Assembly: GCA_045837725.1 (NCBI GenBank)
Contig: JBEWZL010000196.1
Span: forward strand, 1 to 47,880
Source of the DNA: Vermamoeba vermiformis
Taxonomy: Eukaryota
DNA length: 47,880 nt
Direction of reading: 5' to 3'
Positions 11,453-25,136 of this stretch are shown here, one piece after another. The notes under the pieces were generated by a model, which saw only the letters and a program-made list of their open reading frames with translations, was not told where the DNA came from and ran no database searches. Both the position numbers and the translations under genes were made by a program. Numbering within the stretch: position 1 is the stretch's first letter; each line of letters begins with the position of its first letter.

Positions 11453-13558
11453 TTACTCGTAAAGAGACCGCAACTCTGCAAGTGCCTCATCCACAGACTC
11501 CAATGGAGTCTCACTCCGCTGTTGGAGCTCGTTGCCTGGAATAATAGTTAATACCTAATATACAATACTAGTTACTAGTTACGTACGTTGTTGCTCTTGA
11601 AGTGTCAGCTGTTGTGGCTCTGTCGGCGGATCAACAAGTGTTGCGTAGCCATCTTCGCCAAGCAGTGCTTGAATGCCGGCACGTAGTAGTATTACCACCT
11701 CGACATTGGGTGGCAGTGGTAGTTTAGGGCTTCCATGAGCAACGTGTATATGCTCGTGGTACTTCGTTACCGAATTGATGGTTTTCTCATCGTTTTGAGG
11801 GTCGTATTTGCCGTCCTTATCGAACAACAGATCTCGCTTAATGGTGCTGTGAGATTGAGCCAAATAAACGAACGTGATCTTAATATTTTGTCCTTCGGGC
11901 ATGCAACGTATTTCTTCGTTCTGTCAACGAAATTAGAAAAAGGCTTAAAATGGCAGTTACCTTGCTGAGGGTTAGGAACGGACACTTGGCGATCTCTTTT
12001 TTCAATTTCTTGATCGATAAATCTTGCGCGCCTGACTTCGCTTGAAAACACAGCAGAGCGTCGACGAATTTAAACATGCAATCAGGCGACCTTGATTTGT
12101 CGACAGGGAGGATTGTTCTGTACTTATCGAGCTTTTCGTACAACGCAGGCCAGTCTTTCGGGTTCATCGTCTTCTGTGGAGGAGTTTCGCGGGTACGACT
12201 TGCAGCCCACGATTTGAGGTTTTCAAGAGCAAGCGTTTTACCGCGTCTCTTCACTTGCGGCACGATCTGAGGTGACAGGGCCAAATTCGAGGATACGTCG
12301 GCCACAAATGAGCCTTTCAAAAAGCACCAACGTTCTCCCAGTGGGGTTGGACCTTTGAAATTGGTCATAGCGCGGGCTATTGCCTTCTCTAATTCGAGCC
12401 ATTTGATGTTGTCAGCTCGCAGCAGTGTAAAGACATCAAACCGGCGAAAGTCCTTTTCAAATTCTTTCTTCAAAATGTCTATGGCACGAACGGAGAACGG
12501 CAATTTGTCATTAATCTTTGGTACTCTTGAGGATCCATATTTGTTGGGCGAGGTAATCGACTAGTTCACGTTAGCAATTGTCATTTAACGGCTGCTTATT
12601 TGAGTACTTACAATTGTCTCAGGCTCCTTGATACCTTTTTCTTCGCCTTTAGAGTCCTTTCGTCCCTTTGACGAGAAGCTAACGTCAAATCCGAGCATGG
12701 AAGCTCCATCAACAACCGTTAGTTTTGACGAAGGCAGCTTGTCCGTGGAATATATTTGTGCTTCGACCAAGTTGAACAAAGTGAAGTAGTACCCTCTGAA
12801 GCGTGCGTAATGCGGCTTCTTCCATAGCGCTAGGGTGTCGAGCAACGCAAGTTCTGAAAGTTCAATCCATTCGGGTTGTGACTGCTCCAGTAGTGCAGGT
12901 ACACCATAACAAGTTTTACAGTACTCAGGCACGACCTTATAGCCGAATTTATCATCGTGGTTTCTAGAAAAGGAAATGCGTAAGTACGGAACATTGTACT
13001 CGACTACAGTACTTACTTTAACGGCTGCAACAGTCTTGGCAACACAAGATTGCGCACCTTAATATTGAGACTCTTCTCGATTAAATGTGATTGTAGTCCA
13101 TACAACGGTTCAGCAAAGACGATCAAGCTGTGCTTGCTCCGCTTGAGTTCTTGAATCAACGAATTAAACGGACTGGACTCCTTGGCTGGATCTTCGTTAC
13201 CGCATTGAACGATGAATATTCGCGACTCATCTCCTTTCGTTAGGGCTTTGACAGCAGCTGAGTTGATGTTTGTTTTGTCCACAACTGTGATGCGTTGCTT
13301 CAGCAGATCAAAATTTTCAACATAAGATTTGAATTCATTTCGTTGTTGCTCGTTATCGAAGACAGCATCGTCAATCGTATTCGAACTTGACAGATGCGCC
13401 AATAAATATTTCAGATAGCTGGCAGTCATTCCAGGTTGAAAATTAAAGACGCAGCGATCCACGTACTTGGGATGTGGTGCTCTCGTTCGCGCATATTGCT
13501 TTGCCCATATGCAAATAAGAATATTGATTGCAGTTTCCGCATTTTGGTCGAATTGCAT
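11453..13558 (-). CDS. Hypothetical multi-exon protein with a possible C-terminal PD-(D/E)xK-like nuclease fold (Crinkler-effector-like)
   Basis: Colinear ORFs 13013-13558, 12585-12932, 11880-12503 and 11579-11902 are separated by short GT-AG introns. Motif SPDCMF...LCFQAKS followed by VEVVILLRAGIQALLG. The last exon ends at TAA 11453-11455. Confidence 0.55.
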
Positions 13559-14076
13559 GGCTAAAAAGTGAGTCAGCTGGATCTAGGGTTCGGAAATTTG
13601 GCAAATTGTCAAAATATTCTGCGCAAAGTTAAATAGGCGCATTAAGCTACATGCCTAAATGGTCTTCATCTGTGAGTGTTACGAATTTGACCGACAAGTT
13701 CTTCTTCGGTTGTTGTTTGTGCTCAGTTCTGCTACAAAAAATGCAATCAATTTCAAGTCGCCGTTGTTTTGGTTTTATTTGAATATTACTTACGTACTTA
13801 ATATCGATCGCGGATTTGGTTCACTGCTGCCGTTACTTTCATAAATAATGTTTGAGATCGAGGACAGCATGATTGAAGCGCTTGGTTAGATTATACTACT
13901 AACGCCTGGAGTATTGATCAAAGAAGTGAGAGATAAAGATACGGTTTGTCCTTTGAGGACCTGTGTTAGTAACAAGCAAAAGACGAAAAAAAAACCGCGC
14001 TTTTTTCCTTGCGAAATATTTCTGCCTGGAGTTAATTAATTTGCGCAATAATTTCATTTATTATTAAAGGATATAA

Positions 14077-16079
14077 TTAAGCGCAGTTTTGTTGGTTAGC
14101 AGGAGCCAAACCGATCTGTGCGTTATCAATGTCGTGGACGACGTAAGCAGCCTGCATGAATTGAGCACCGAGAATCAACATATCTCCACCGCTTGAAACA
14201 CCGAGGCAATATTGCGAAGCACCAGTGCCTAATTAGGAAAAATTGGATCAGATTCAGATCAAAAAAGACTCTTTCGAAACAATTTAACGTACCCTTATAC
14301 AAATAGGTATTAGGTCTCATAGGAATGTTTTGGGGATTGTTGCTGAACACAAAGCTCAAAGTGGGCAAAGCTCCGACTTGATCGGATGTGAGGGAAACAC
14401 ATTGACCGTTCTTGAAGGTAATAATCAATAATCATCAGTCATATATATATATATATATATAGCACTTACAACGAGATTTTGAGCAGCATCTTGCAAAGAG
14501 CTAGGGCAAGCTTGAATAAATGTAGTTCCGAAGTTTTGGTACGCGGCATCCGGGAGCAAAATTCTAGCCGCATGTTAATATGTCGTAAATTATTATATGT
14601 GCTTATGATAGTACTTGCCTAGTAGTACCACTGTCGAGAATACCATTGCCCAAAGCACTGTTGATGCTGGTACCAGAAACGAGCAGATCCGCCATTACAA
14701 TTCCGTAACTAACAATTTAAATTCCTTAGTAACCACTCACAACAACACTAATATATATTATACGACTAAGATACTATATTATAAGGTTTTGATACTTACA
14801 ATTGGCCAGCTTGAGAATTGGGCATGTAGTTCATCGATCCAAGATACATGTTCTTATCAACGCCACCCTGAGGTATAAATATGGTCAATAGAATGAATAT
14901 ATAATGCCGTATTATTTATTATAATTACCAAGGTTAAAGTGCCGCTGTTAGGACCCAAGCAGATCGAAAAAATGTTCTTATAGTAGCCTGCATTGACGAA
15001 GGCTTCGAAGACAGGGACGGCTTGAACGGAGCTCAAAGCTTGATAGGACAAGCCCAAAATACCGTCGATCTTATTAGGAACATCACTAGCAAGGTTACAA
15101 GAACGTTAGTTAAGTTGTTGGCGCGGATGTACCCTTCAAAAATTTAAATCTTTTGGTAATCAGTAGTAATAATATTTAACGTACCCAAAATGAGTATTTT
15201 TCTCGTAGTTAATATTTCCGAAAGCAACAACAGTGCTAACACCCGCTAAAGTCACGTTATCAGTGTACATAACGCCAGAGACTTCGCAGATCTCGTTGGG
15301 GTGGCCTTTAACGCAAGTTTCATATTTATCGTCAAAACCGCACATATTACCATCTATATAATGTAATGTCAATAAAAGTTTTGCAATGTGATACAAGGAC
15401 TCGGATTCGCTTTAAAAAGATGTTTTACAAGTACGTACTTGCAGAACCGCATTGATAGTTAGGATCATCGTATGAAATTGGATTAGCGGTGGAGGACAAA
15501 GCAGGGTTATAAGGTTTGTTAGGGCCAGGCCATTCAGAGCAGCCTTGACATCCAACAGCAGGAACGAGCAGATCTGAGCTTCTGTAACCATAAGAAGTAT
15601 GATTAATATCAAGGATATATGTACTTGATATATTATGTATTACCCAGTGTCCATAAGCACGTTGAAGGTTTGACCAGGAGTGCCTATCTTGACAGTCAAG
15701 TAATAGAAATCAAGAGTGTTGATATCACCACCAACAGTAACATCCTAATAATAATTATTAATCTATCTTAAGGTCGTTATTTTGACGGTGAAAGAGCCGA
15801 GGAACTTTCGATCCCAGCTGACCTTCGATATTTATTGTTATGTTTAGCAAATAATCATAAATAAAATATTTTAATATTAAAATTAGCTTGTGCAAGCAGA
15901 ATTAAACTCTATCTATTGGGTGGCAGCATTTATAGAAAAGTTAACTGCAGGACGACAGATTGACCACAGAAAAATTTTCTTACCTTGCTCATTTTGCCGA
16001 GCTTGATGTTGCGGAAGGCTAGAGCATCAAGTGAAAGAGACAGCAAAATTAGTACTGCAAATAAAGTGCGGTGTTGCAT
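14077..16079 (-). CDS. Secreted pepsin-family (A1) aspartic protease, multi-exon
   Basis: Signal peptide MQHRTLFAVLILLSLSLDALA; YYLTVKIGTPGQTFNVLMDTG; DGILGL; second catalytic motif GILDSGTT; C-terminal ILGAQFMQAAYVVHDIDNAQIGLA. Confidence 0.9.
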
Positions 16080-16491
16080 TGTGTCGCTGTCTTTTTAAAA
16101 AATAATCTTCAAGCCCTCTAACCCTCTATTCCATCTTCCTCACAATATTTTATACCTATCACATTCGAGGTATAATTGATGATTCATGAGTATGCGATGT
16201 CGCTTGAAGGCAAGGTTGGTCCTCTGCGATCAAAACGAATCCACCTTGTTTTTGGTGACAAAGCTGTTTAACGGACTATCACTCCTGGACGTTTAAGGGA
16301 GTATAAAGAGGGCGTTGGATGTTCTTAGCTCAGCCTCTTTCGATGATAATAATATTAATTTTGTGGAAGCGCGTATTTTATCATTATTACGCCTCGTGTT
16401 TATCCACAAACACATCAGTCCCTAGCATTGTACATATGGCCTAGTTGCCAACGAATTTATTTATTTGTAGCTGAGAAACAGCGAATCCACA

Positions 16492-18597
16492 ATGACCGAT
16501 TCAGCTCGATCGGACCAAGACCATCGCAAAATATATCAGCAATTTGTTGATAATTATTTTAGTCGAGCGCATTTGCTTAATCGTGCTTTTTCATTGAAAC
16601 AAGAGCCCTCAGTGGTGCTGAGACGGATTTCAGAAGAAAAGATCGAGATCGCGTTTGATGAATTTGAAATCGAGGTAAAAAATGTTATTTTATTATTTAG
16701 GAATTATTTACAGATTTATATAGATTAATCTTGATTTTTAAATGACACGGAAATAATTTCCGTCACCGGTTTAATTTTCCCAGCCATTACGCATTTTGCT
16801 TAATAATAAAAATTAGAAAAATATTTACGTATGACTTTTATGAATTATGGTAGTGCTTTTACCATTATATACCAATAATTGCTCATCATTGCAAATAAAT
16901 TGTTTTTTTGAAATTACAGCAACATTACCATTACCTTTAATATTTAATTAAGTCTTGATATTAATCCGGATTTTTTTGCAGTATGGAGGCCGGCGTGAAT
17001 CTTTTTACGAAGAGCTGAACCTCGAAACAACAGTGAACGTCCAAGACATATTTATGGGACGAGACTGCTTCCACTTTGCGTTGATCGGTGATTCAGGTCA
17101 AGGCAAGACATGCTTATTAAAGCATTTGTGTTGGAAAGTTAACGTGCAGCAAGATCTGCTCGTCAAGTTTTTAAAAGAAGATCCGAGCACGTACTACTGG
17201 AACGTCGAGGGCTTAAGCGATGATGAACCCGTTCCCGATCCATCGCAGTCATATCACTTAGGTCTATATTTACATGCACAAGATCTATGGTTGGCGCTGA
17301 AAGACACTGCTGATCGGTCGTCACCAGATGCGATCTTCAACGCACTCGCTGACGCAGCTGTACGAACGTGCAGAACGGTCAAATTGCACCAAGACCGCGT
17401 GGACAAGACTGACAGTGTCGTTGACTATGCGGACTTCAAAGAGACGTTGTTGCATCTCATAAAAACGTCGCGTTTGATCTTGTTGGTGGATGGGCTCGAA
17501 GACGTCAGAACAATCTCACGATCACCGCTGCTGTACTTCTTGCTGAACATCAAGACCAAGTTGCCGTTGTTGTTCCGTGTCATTATGGCTTGCAGACCTG
17601 TCACACTGTTCCGTCAAAATCCTCCAGAAGACTTTATTTATTTGTACATGCACAGCGTGGCTTCAATGACTGAAAAAGAACGCGAACCACTGCTAGAGAA
17701 CATTTTGACGAGAATTATACGCGATCCATCGGAGATTAAAGAGACACAACCGCCACTCACACCGCGATCAAGATCTGGATCGGATCAGAACGCGACCGAG
17801 TACCAAAACCCACCTCACGATCCACTGCCATCGACTAGTGAAATCAACAAAGTCTTCGATCCACGACGACCTCTACGGCGGCAGAAGATTCTACGATATT
17901 TAAGCAGTCCGGCAATGATGGCAATCCTGGCGTCGATGCATGCAAACAACATTGAAATTTCATCGTGTTTGTACCAATTCTACCAACAGATCATGCAGCT
18001 GCACGATGACGTGTCAACTTCACTGCCGCCAGTGTCGATCTTGCCCAACACGACCCTCTACGACTTGGAAGTGAGCATTGACGAGCGATTAATGCAAAAA
18101 TTGTGCGCGCTCGTTGGTTTCATGTACCAGTGCTTGTTGCCGTACACTTGGCTCTCGGACTTTTCAATCGCCAAAGAAGTTGTCAAACTGTTGCAGATCA
18201 TTGTGAAGAACCATCAAGCGACTCTAGCACAGCAATTGAAGAGCGATGGGCCAGAACATGCAGCAGACCCTGCCCACATCTCAATCGCAATTGAGTGGCA
18301 TCCACTGTTGCAAGCCTTTGCTGTGCACGATGTGTTGAAGTCACCTGATAAGGCCGCAAGATTTATTTGGGACCGCGTCATTACTCGATTAGGTAAGTTC
18401 CCTTGGGCTCCAGATAATACCAAGTATAATTATATACTATCATTTACCCGTATCTCGGCACCAGCCTCTAAAATTATTATATAACACCCCACTTTTTTTT
18501 TTTTTTTATTTTTTTGGAGAACCTTGGTTGGGAAAAAGGGGCCCCTTTTTTTTTTTTTTTGGTAAAAAAATACCCCTTAAAAATTTTTTTTTTTTTT

Positions 18598-18635
<38 letters not shown>

Positions 18636-18694
18636 CTCCTTTTTTTTTTCCCCCACCCCGCCAAAGAAAAAAAAAAGGGGGGGGCCCCCAAAAA

Positions 18695-18730
<36 letters not shown>

Positions 18731-18807
18731 CTCACAACAAAAAAAAAAGAAAAAAGGGGGGGGGGGACCCCCCCCCCCCCCCCCCCCCCCCCCTCCCCCC
18801 CCCCCCG

Positions 18808-18880
<73 letters not shown>

Positions 18881-18895
18881 GGGGAGGAAGGGCCC

Positions 18896-18977
<82 letters not shown>

Positions 18978-21900
18978 CCCCCCCAAAAAAAAAAAATAAT
19001 AAATTTACTAATATTATCGTCATTTTGTAGTTTCGAGCGGTGTTTGCAAGTGCCACACATTGGACGATGAAGTTGAAATTACTTTTGTTGATAGCTCCCT
19101 CGCGCAATTCTTGTCTGCGAACTTTTTGAGCGACGATGAATTTTCAAGACCGATCTTACACTGCTTTGAGCAGATCTAGTAAGTACTGCACGAGCTCGTT
19201 CTTGATCCAATTTTATTAACTCGTTTATTAGTCATAATCCTCATATTCCGCCAATATTCTTATGGCAAGAGGAGAACTACATTACGACCAAGAACTGGAC
19301 GCTAGTATACGAAGTGATGACGTCTCGTAAAGGATTTTTATGGATCGCGAACAAAGTGCTCGATCCGAGTTACAAATCGTTACTTGAGTGGCTTACCGAC
19401 ATTACACGCAACGGAGGCTACGATACCGATGACTTAGGTCTCATTAGATTCAACTTATTGTTGAAAATGTTTGCCTTGCAAGAAGAAGAACGATTGTTAT
19501 TGAAGGTAACTCCTCGTTACTTTTTCCGTTACAAAAATTTATCAATTTTATTTTCATTGAACGGAAACTAATACGGTTTCAACAGCAACCTTGTCATGAA
19601 GTTAAAATCGACAACCACACGCTAATAGTAGAGCTCAAAGAACAATTCGGATTGGCATTCCTTTCAGTTCTAAATGACAGTAGCTCAGCTGTCGCGCTTA
19701 TTGAGCCAGCGCCTGCGTGCTCGTTGAGTTGTTTTAGCAAAAATGTTATTAACAACATCCTCGACAAGTGCGTGGACTTGTTGCGCAGATCTAACGCGTT
19801 CATCATTACTGACCTGTTATTGCGCTTTGCTGACTACGGCCATATTACGGATGGAGTTCTTGGAAAAATCATGTAAGATAGCACTCTTATTATATTTCAT
19901 TACTAATGTTTGTGCAGTACTATTGTAACAGAAGAGATCTCGAGGAATCAATCAAAGAGACCCGCGCTGAAATTCTTGGCGAATTACGATCAGAAATTCT
20001 TTGATAAGCGACAGAGACATATCGGCCTTATTATTTCGAGCCTAGGTGCTCTTATCGAGAAAGATCTAGATTCGGAAACCATTGAAGAAGCTGCTCATGC
20101 ACTGACGCAGTTGGCTAATAGATCTTTAGAGGCTATTAAAGCCGATAAGAAACAACGAGAGGCTATTATACCAGCCACTGGTGCACCAGGTACAAATTAT
20201 TGCCGAGTTAGCTCGCCGCATCCGATCTAACTTTTTTTTATTCAGACATTAGGGATCATCTTCCTATACTCTTTACTGAAGAAGAGTGGTGCATGATTGT
20301 AAATAGCGCAATTACTCTGCTAATTGATTTGGTCGACATGGACTTCCATTTAAAGTAAGTACAAATTTTGGCTGTCAAAAATCATCGCTTGTACATTAGT
20401 TGACCAACGATTATTATTTAGTATGAATAATAGTAAGGAAATAGCCAACGAGTTTGAACAAAAATGTCGTGTATTTCAATGCCAAAACTTGCCGATGATT
20501 ATTTCGTTCTTCGAAGAGCCGAGCTGCAGTGCGCGGTTAATGGGCTTTGCTTTGCTGGGTACCACCAAGAAGTCGAATTTGGTCGATAGAGATATCGAAG
20601 ACAAAGAAATAGCTGCTCAACTGACACTTTTGAAGCTCATTGCCCCGCATTACTCTTCAGATCGAGCCTTATCTCTTGGTACGAAAAGTTTTTTCATTTT
20701 TTTGTCCGCGGAAAAAGCTAATTTTGCCCTAGATATTACTACCGACGACCCTATCGTGCAATGTGTATCTATGGTCCTAATGGAGACCTTGGGCGAAGCT
20801 GCGTCTATTCTTGTCCCGGATGTGCAAGACCTGATTAAGTCAAAGCTAGATCTTCTTACCCAAATCACTAAGTATGCTACAGACTAAATTCTAAATACTA
20901 CTTGGCACTAATAATGTTTGCAGATGGCTATGGCGGAGATTGGCGCCAGAGCACCGCGAAAAAATCTTCGCCGAGTGCTCGAAGAACACGAATAGATTCG
21001 TCAGACGCGACGTTATCCGACTAAGCGCAAACGATGAATACATTCTGCGTGAAAACTTGACTCAAGGCGAGATTGCTGCGGTCTTTGAAGCCACTTGGAA
21101 CTATCGGGAAGAACCTATTGTGCACAAGGAGTGCTTCACTTTCTTCGGTAACTTGAGCAAATACGCTGCGAAGGTGGAACAAAAAGAGAAGTGCATGGAG
21201 CTCATTGCCAAGTTGCTGGACAAGTATGGCTTGGCGAACTACCTCTTCAGCGACTCTTTACTGCGGATCACGAGCGAGTTGGTCGAGGCTAACAAAGACA
21301 ACGAGGCTCATAAGGCAGTCATTATGGACGTTATCAACAAGCGCAACATCAAGAAGATGATAACTGGATTCTTGAGTGGTCCGATGAGTGCCGCAAAGAG
21401 AAAATTATGGTTCGGAAATGTTCTTGGAATTGAACTCCTTGCCCAGCTGATCGCGATCGGTGAGTTAACCAAACTCTTCGCCAGAGATGTTCTAACGCTA
21501 TTTTTAGATACTGAAGAGATTAAAGAGTTCTTGGGATATTTGAACTCGAAGTTCCCTGAGTTGCGTCGCGCTGCAGTGGAAGTTTTAAAACGTGCGAGAT
21601 CCGCGCAAGTGTTCCAGATCATAAACAAGTGCGTCGAAATGATGATGAAAGAAGAAGACTACTTTGCTCAAAGAAGCATTGTCGTATTGTTGGGTATTTT
21701 GGGACGAAGGAAGAAAGCTGAGGTATGTTTACTAAGTTAAAAATATAGATCTAACTCCACACTTAGATCCAACAACGCGTTGTGGACGAGATGCTCAAGA
21801 TTCTCGAGTTGGCTAAAGAACCTCTTAAGCAAGAAATTGCATTAAGTGTTATTATGACCATTGGCCCCGTTATTAGTAGCAACATTGCCATTCGAACAAA

Positions 21901-24063
21901 GTTGTTACAGATCTTGTCCGACGCGAATCCGCAAAGCTTTGCGGCAATGAATAAGACAACTGTCGCGTATAAAAACAAAATCAAGTATGTGACTAGCATA
22001 TAATATATGGCGATAGTATACTAACGCTATTATTAGATTGACCTTGACTTGCCTGCAAACAGTTCAAACCCTCAGAATATTCGAGCACGAGTTTGTCAAG
22101 CATTTCTTCGAAATGACTGAAGTACCTGATATGGAGCTGCGAACGGCTCTAATGGTCGCGCTTAAGTACATCTCGAAGAATGTTTCCGCTGGTAAGTCAG
22201 ATGTGCTGCTCCAAACCTACCTATCGGTACTAAATTGCTTATTACAATAGATGAACTTAAGAGACACGAGCCTATTGTTGAAAAACTGATGAAATCTGGC
22301 GACTCTTACTTGCGCGAGCTCGGTCTGAAGATCATTAGACTCTTTGGCCCCGCGTCAATTAAGCGCCTGCTCACGCCTTTGCTGGCGTTACTTGACGACA
22401 CCGAGCACTACTGTCGCTTGCAAGGGCTCAAAACATTGATGCAGCTGATCAAGTCGGAGTTGTCAGCAGCGCAGAAAGAAGAAAAAGAACGACAATTGCT
22501 GTCAACTTCACCGCAACAGCTCAGCATGACCCCGCCTTCACCCTCATCCTCGCCCTCGTCCTCGCACATTGGCACCATTTCTATCAACAATATCAACACG
22601 AACAACGCGCCTAATATCATTCATCCGGCTAAACTTGCCGCGTTGCAGTACCTCCCGCCAGTACTGAAACGACTCGCTGATGTTAGTCCGTTAGTGGTCG
22701 TTAAGGCCTTGAAGATTATTAGCCTGTTCCGCCGCAGTCCTAAAGATAAAATGCCCTCGCCGAGACCCGCAGAGAAAGTCATTGGTAAGTAGATCCGGAT
22801 CTTTTGTTGGTGACGCGAAAAGCTAATGTTTCGTATCATTTAGAACCAGAAGTTCTTAATGAAAATGACATGGAAGATGACGGAGATTTCGAACGACCGA
22901 CGGACGAAGATGTGTTTTACAGCACGTACGTCGTCGAGCCCAATGTTGAGCGCATCCTCAAGCCACTCTATCGTCGTCGATTCGTCAACAGCATTGAGGT
23001 TAAGGTAAGCTTGCCGCCTTTGTGTTATATCATATCAGTATTGCCATATTAACCACTTCCTATAATAGATCGGAGTGTTAGATGTGTTGGGTACCACGCC
23101 GCACTTGCACACGCACCTCGGTGCTTTGAACTCAATTCTCAACACTGAAAATGTCACGACACTCGTGGAATTCTCGGACACGATGCGCAGTGAGGGCGTG
23201 CAGGTAATGATTAAGATTGATCAATTTAATAACATTACCATATTTGGCAAATTATCGAAATAAATATATATATATATTTATTTTTATATATTTATATATA
23301 TTTATATATATATTAAGCACGTCGTTAACTTTTTTCTTTTGGCAGATCTTGCAATACATTCCTTCGTTCATTCAAAGCATCAAAGCTGGTAGTCCTCTTA
23401 TTCGTCATCTAGTCCGCCTTGCCCAGCATTACGAACGCGAATTGACTCCTGTGCGTTGTGACTCGTTGTTCCACGTGCAATCCATCCATCAACTGCTCAA
23501 ACACAAAGAACCGAATGTACGACGACTAGCGATACATTTGTTAGGAAAAAAGGTAATATATATATATATAATTATACTAGCAATATTAACATTAATCAAT
23601 GCGTAGTGCGAGTTAAAGCCGAAATTTATTCCGACTTTGGCGCAGATGTGGGAAGATAAAAACACCAAGGTAATCCTAAGCGATGCCATTAATTAAATGA
23701 TTGTATTATAACTAAAGAATTATTAATAGGTGCGCAAAGAAGTGATTGAAGTCCTTGGTGATGTTGGCAAGCGACATCCGTCGTTCATTCCACTCATTTT
23801 GCAATCCATCGATGTAGATTCAAGCAACTCATTAATGGTAAGTCACTATAAATACTATAGTTATTACATATGTTGAAAAGAGCGCTTAGTATCGCTTTTT
23901 AATCGAAATTAACAAAAATGCAAATTTCTCGGATCCGAAATAATTTTTAATTTAAAAAAGGTTTGGCGCTCTCTATCGCTATCGTGGGGCATGCTTATAG
24001 GAAGTAACGCTAATTCCGATAACGAGGAGCTCGATGACTCGTCTTCATGAAGATTCAAGTTGA
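16492..24063 (+). CDS. Large NACHT (STAND) NTPase with C-terminal HEAT/ARM repeats (NLR-like), multi-exon
   Basis: Walker A FALIGDSGQGKT, Walker B LILLVDGLED and sensor-like RVIMACRP. Downstream exons carry HEAT-like units (LRRAAVEVL, LRELGLKII, VRRLAIHLLG, VRKEVIEVLG). The last exon is probably 24001-24063. Confidence 0.8.
18487..18998. repeat. Mixed poly-T/C/A/G homopolymer stretch, probable sequencing artefact inside an intron
   Basis: Almost only long homopolymer runs, starting after a poly-T and ending in a poly-A. This resembles low-quality read-through past a homopolymer. Confidence 0.8.
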
Positions 24064-24609
24064 AGATCTCGTCCGAGTAACAACGAGCTCGTTATTTATT
24101 TTTTGCGATGTAAAAATTGTACAAAGTCAACATAATCACCTCATAAAATACGTAAGTTCATTATTAATTACGCTAATAACCTCTTCAACGACTAATCATT
24201 TGGGTACGCGATCCGTACACGATCGTGGAGCTAAATCAATACTAACCCTATCACTCTGCGAGAATACTAAACGCTAGGCAATTAAACTTTGGTAATGTAT
24301 TATCTTATGAGATTGTTCTTCTCCTTCAAGACTCGTCGTAAATACTAATTACTCATTTAATTTAATTTATTATCTTTCCGAGCTAATCGGAGTATTATGT
24401 TAAATCCACAGATGTTAATCCGGTTTATTTTGTGTTTGGATGTATTATGCCTAATCCGGTTCATAATTTTCGAAAGTTCGCTAACGGGCCGTGTATTTCA
24501 TATTTACTCTTGCTGCAATAGAATGTTTAATATTTGCATTCGGTCGAAAGCATTGTTCCTCTTTTACGGTCATTTCACGAAATTCATAACTTGCAACGAC
24601 CACAACAGG

Positions 24610-24768
24610 ATGGAACAAAAAGACTGCATTTGCCCTAGTACGTACGCCGGCCCACCATGGCTTGTAGCGATACTATTACTACCCGTTGTTTGCTGTCTGG
24701 CGGACACAGTGTGGCAGGGCTGCGATCCGTTCAACCGTTGGTGGAAGAGCTCACAAAAAACAGATTGA
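24610..24768 (+). CDS. Putative small single-pass membrane peptide (52 aa)
   Basis: MEQKDCICPSTYAGPP-WLVAILLLPVVCCLA-DTVWQ...; coding-like GC island in AT-rich DNA. Confidence 0.35.
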   Translation: MEQKDCICPSTYAGPPWLVAILLLPVVCCLADTVWQGCDPFNRWWKSSQKTD

Positions 24769-24926
24769 CCCGTTCATGTAATAACATAATTTGTATATTC
24801 GGTCGTGTACTTCATTTAGTTTATTTCGTATTGTTTACGAATAAACGATATTCTCGTGCTGTAAAGTTGCAGTTTTTATTTAATGAATAATTTTTAATCC
24901 ATTCACCACAGCCAGTCGTACTCACA

Positions 24927-25136
24927 ATGGATAGCCGACCTATATGCGATGAATGCAAGATGTCGTGGATGACAGTCTCGTTGCTGGCCATCGACGTAGT
25001 GCTCCTGCTCTTCGTCTTGGTTATGATGATCTTAGAAGAATGTTTTCGATGCTGCGGCAAAGTACGAGATATTCCTAAAAAGAATCTTGAATATGAACAG
25101 TCTCTAAAACCTAGTAAAGAGAATAAAGTAGAATAG
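24927..25136 (+). CDS. Putative small single-pass membrane peptide (69 aa)
   Basis: CACAATG start context, CDEC, TM VSLLAIDVVLLLFVLVMMIL, then CFRCC and a charged tail. Confidence 0.45.
   Translation: MDSRPICDECKMSWMTVSLLAIDVVLLLFVLVMMILEECFRCCGKVRDIPKKNLEYEQSLKPSKENKVE

Noticed and set aside
18487-19107. Poly-F/K/P/G ORFs in several frames
   Set aside because: They arise from homopolymer runs that look like a sequencing artefact inside an intron of the NACHT gene.
23260-23315. TA-rich tandem repeat
   Set aside because: Ordinary intronic microsatellite. No CRISPR-like repeat-spacer array was seen anywhere in the window.
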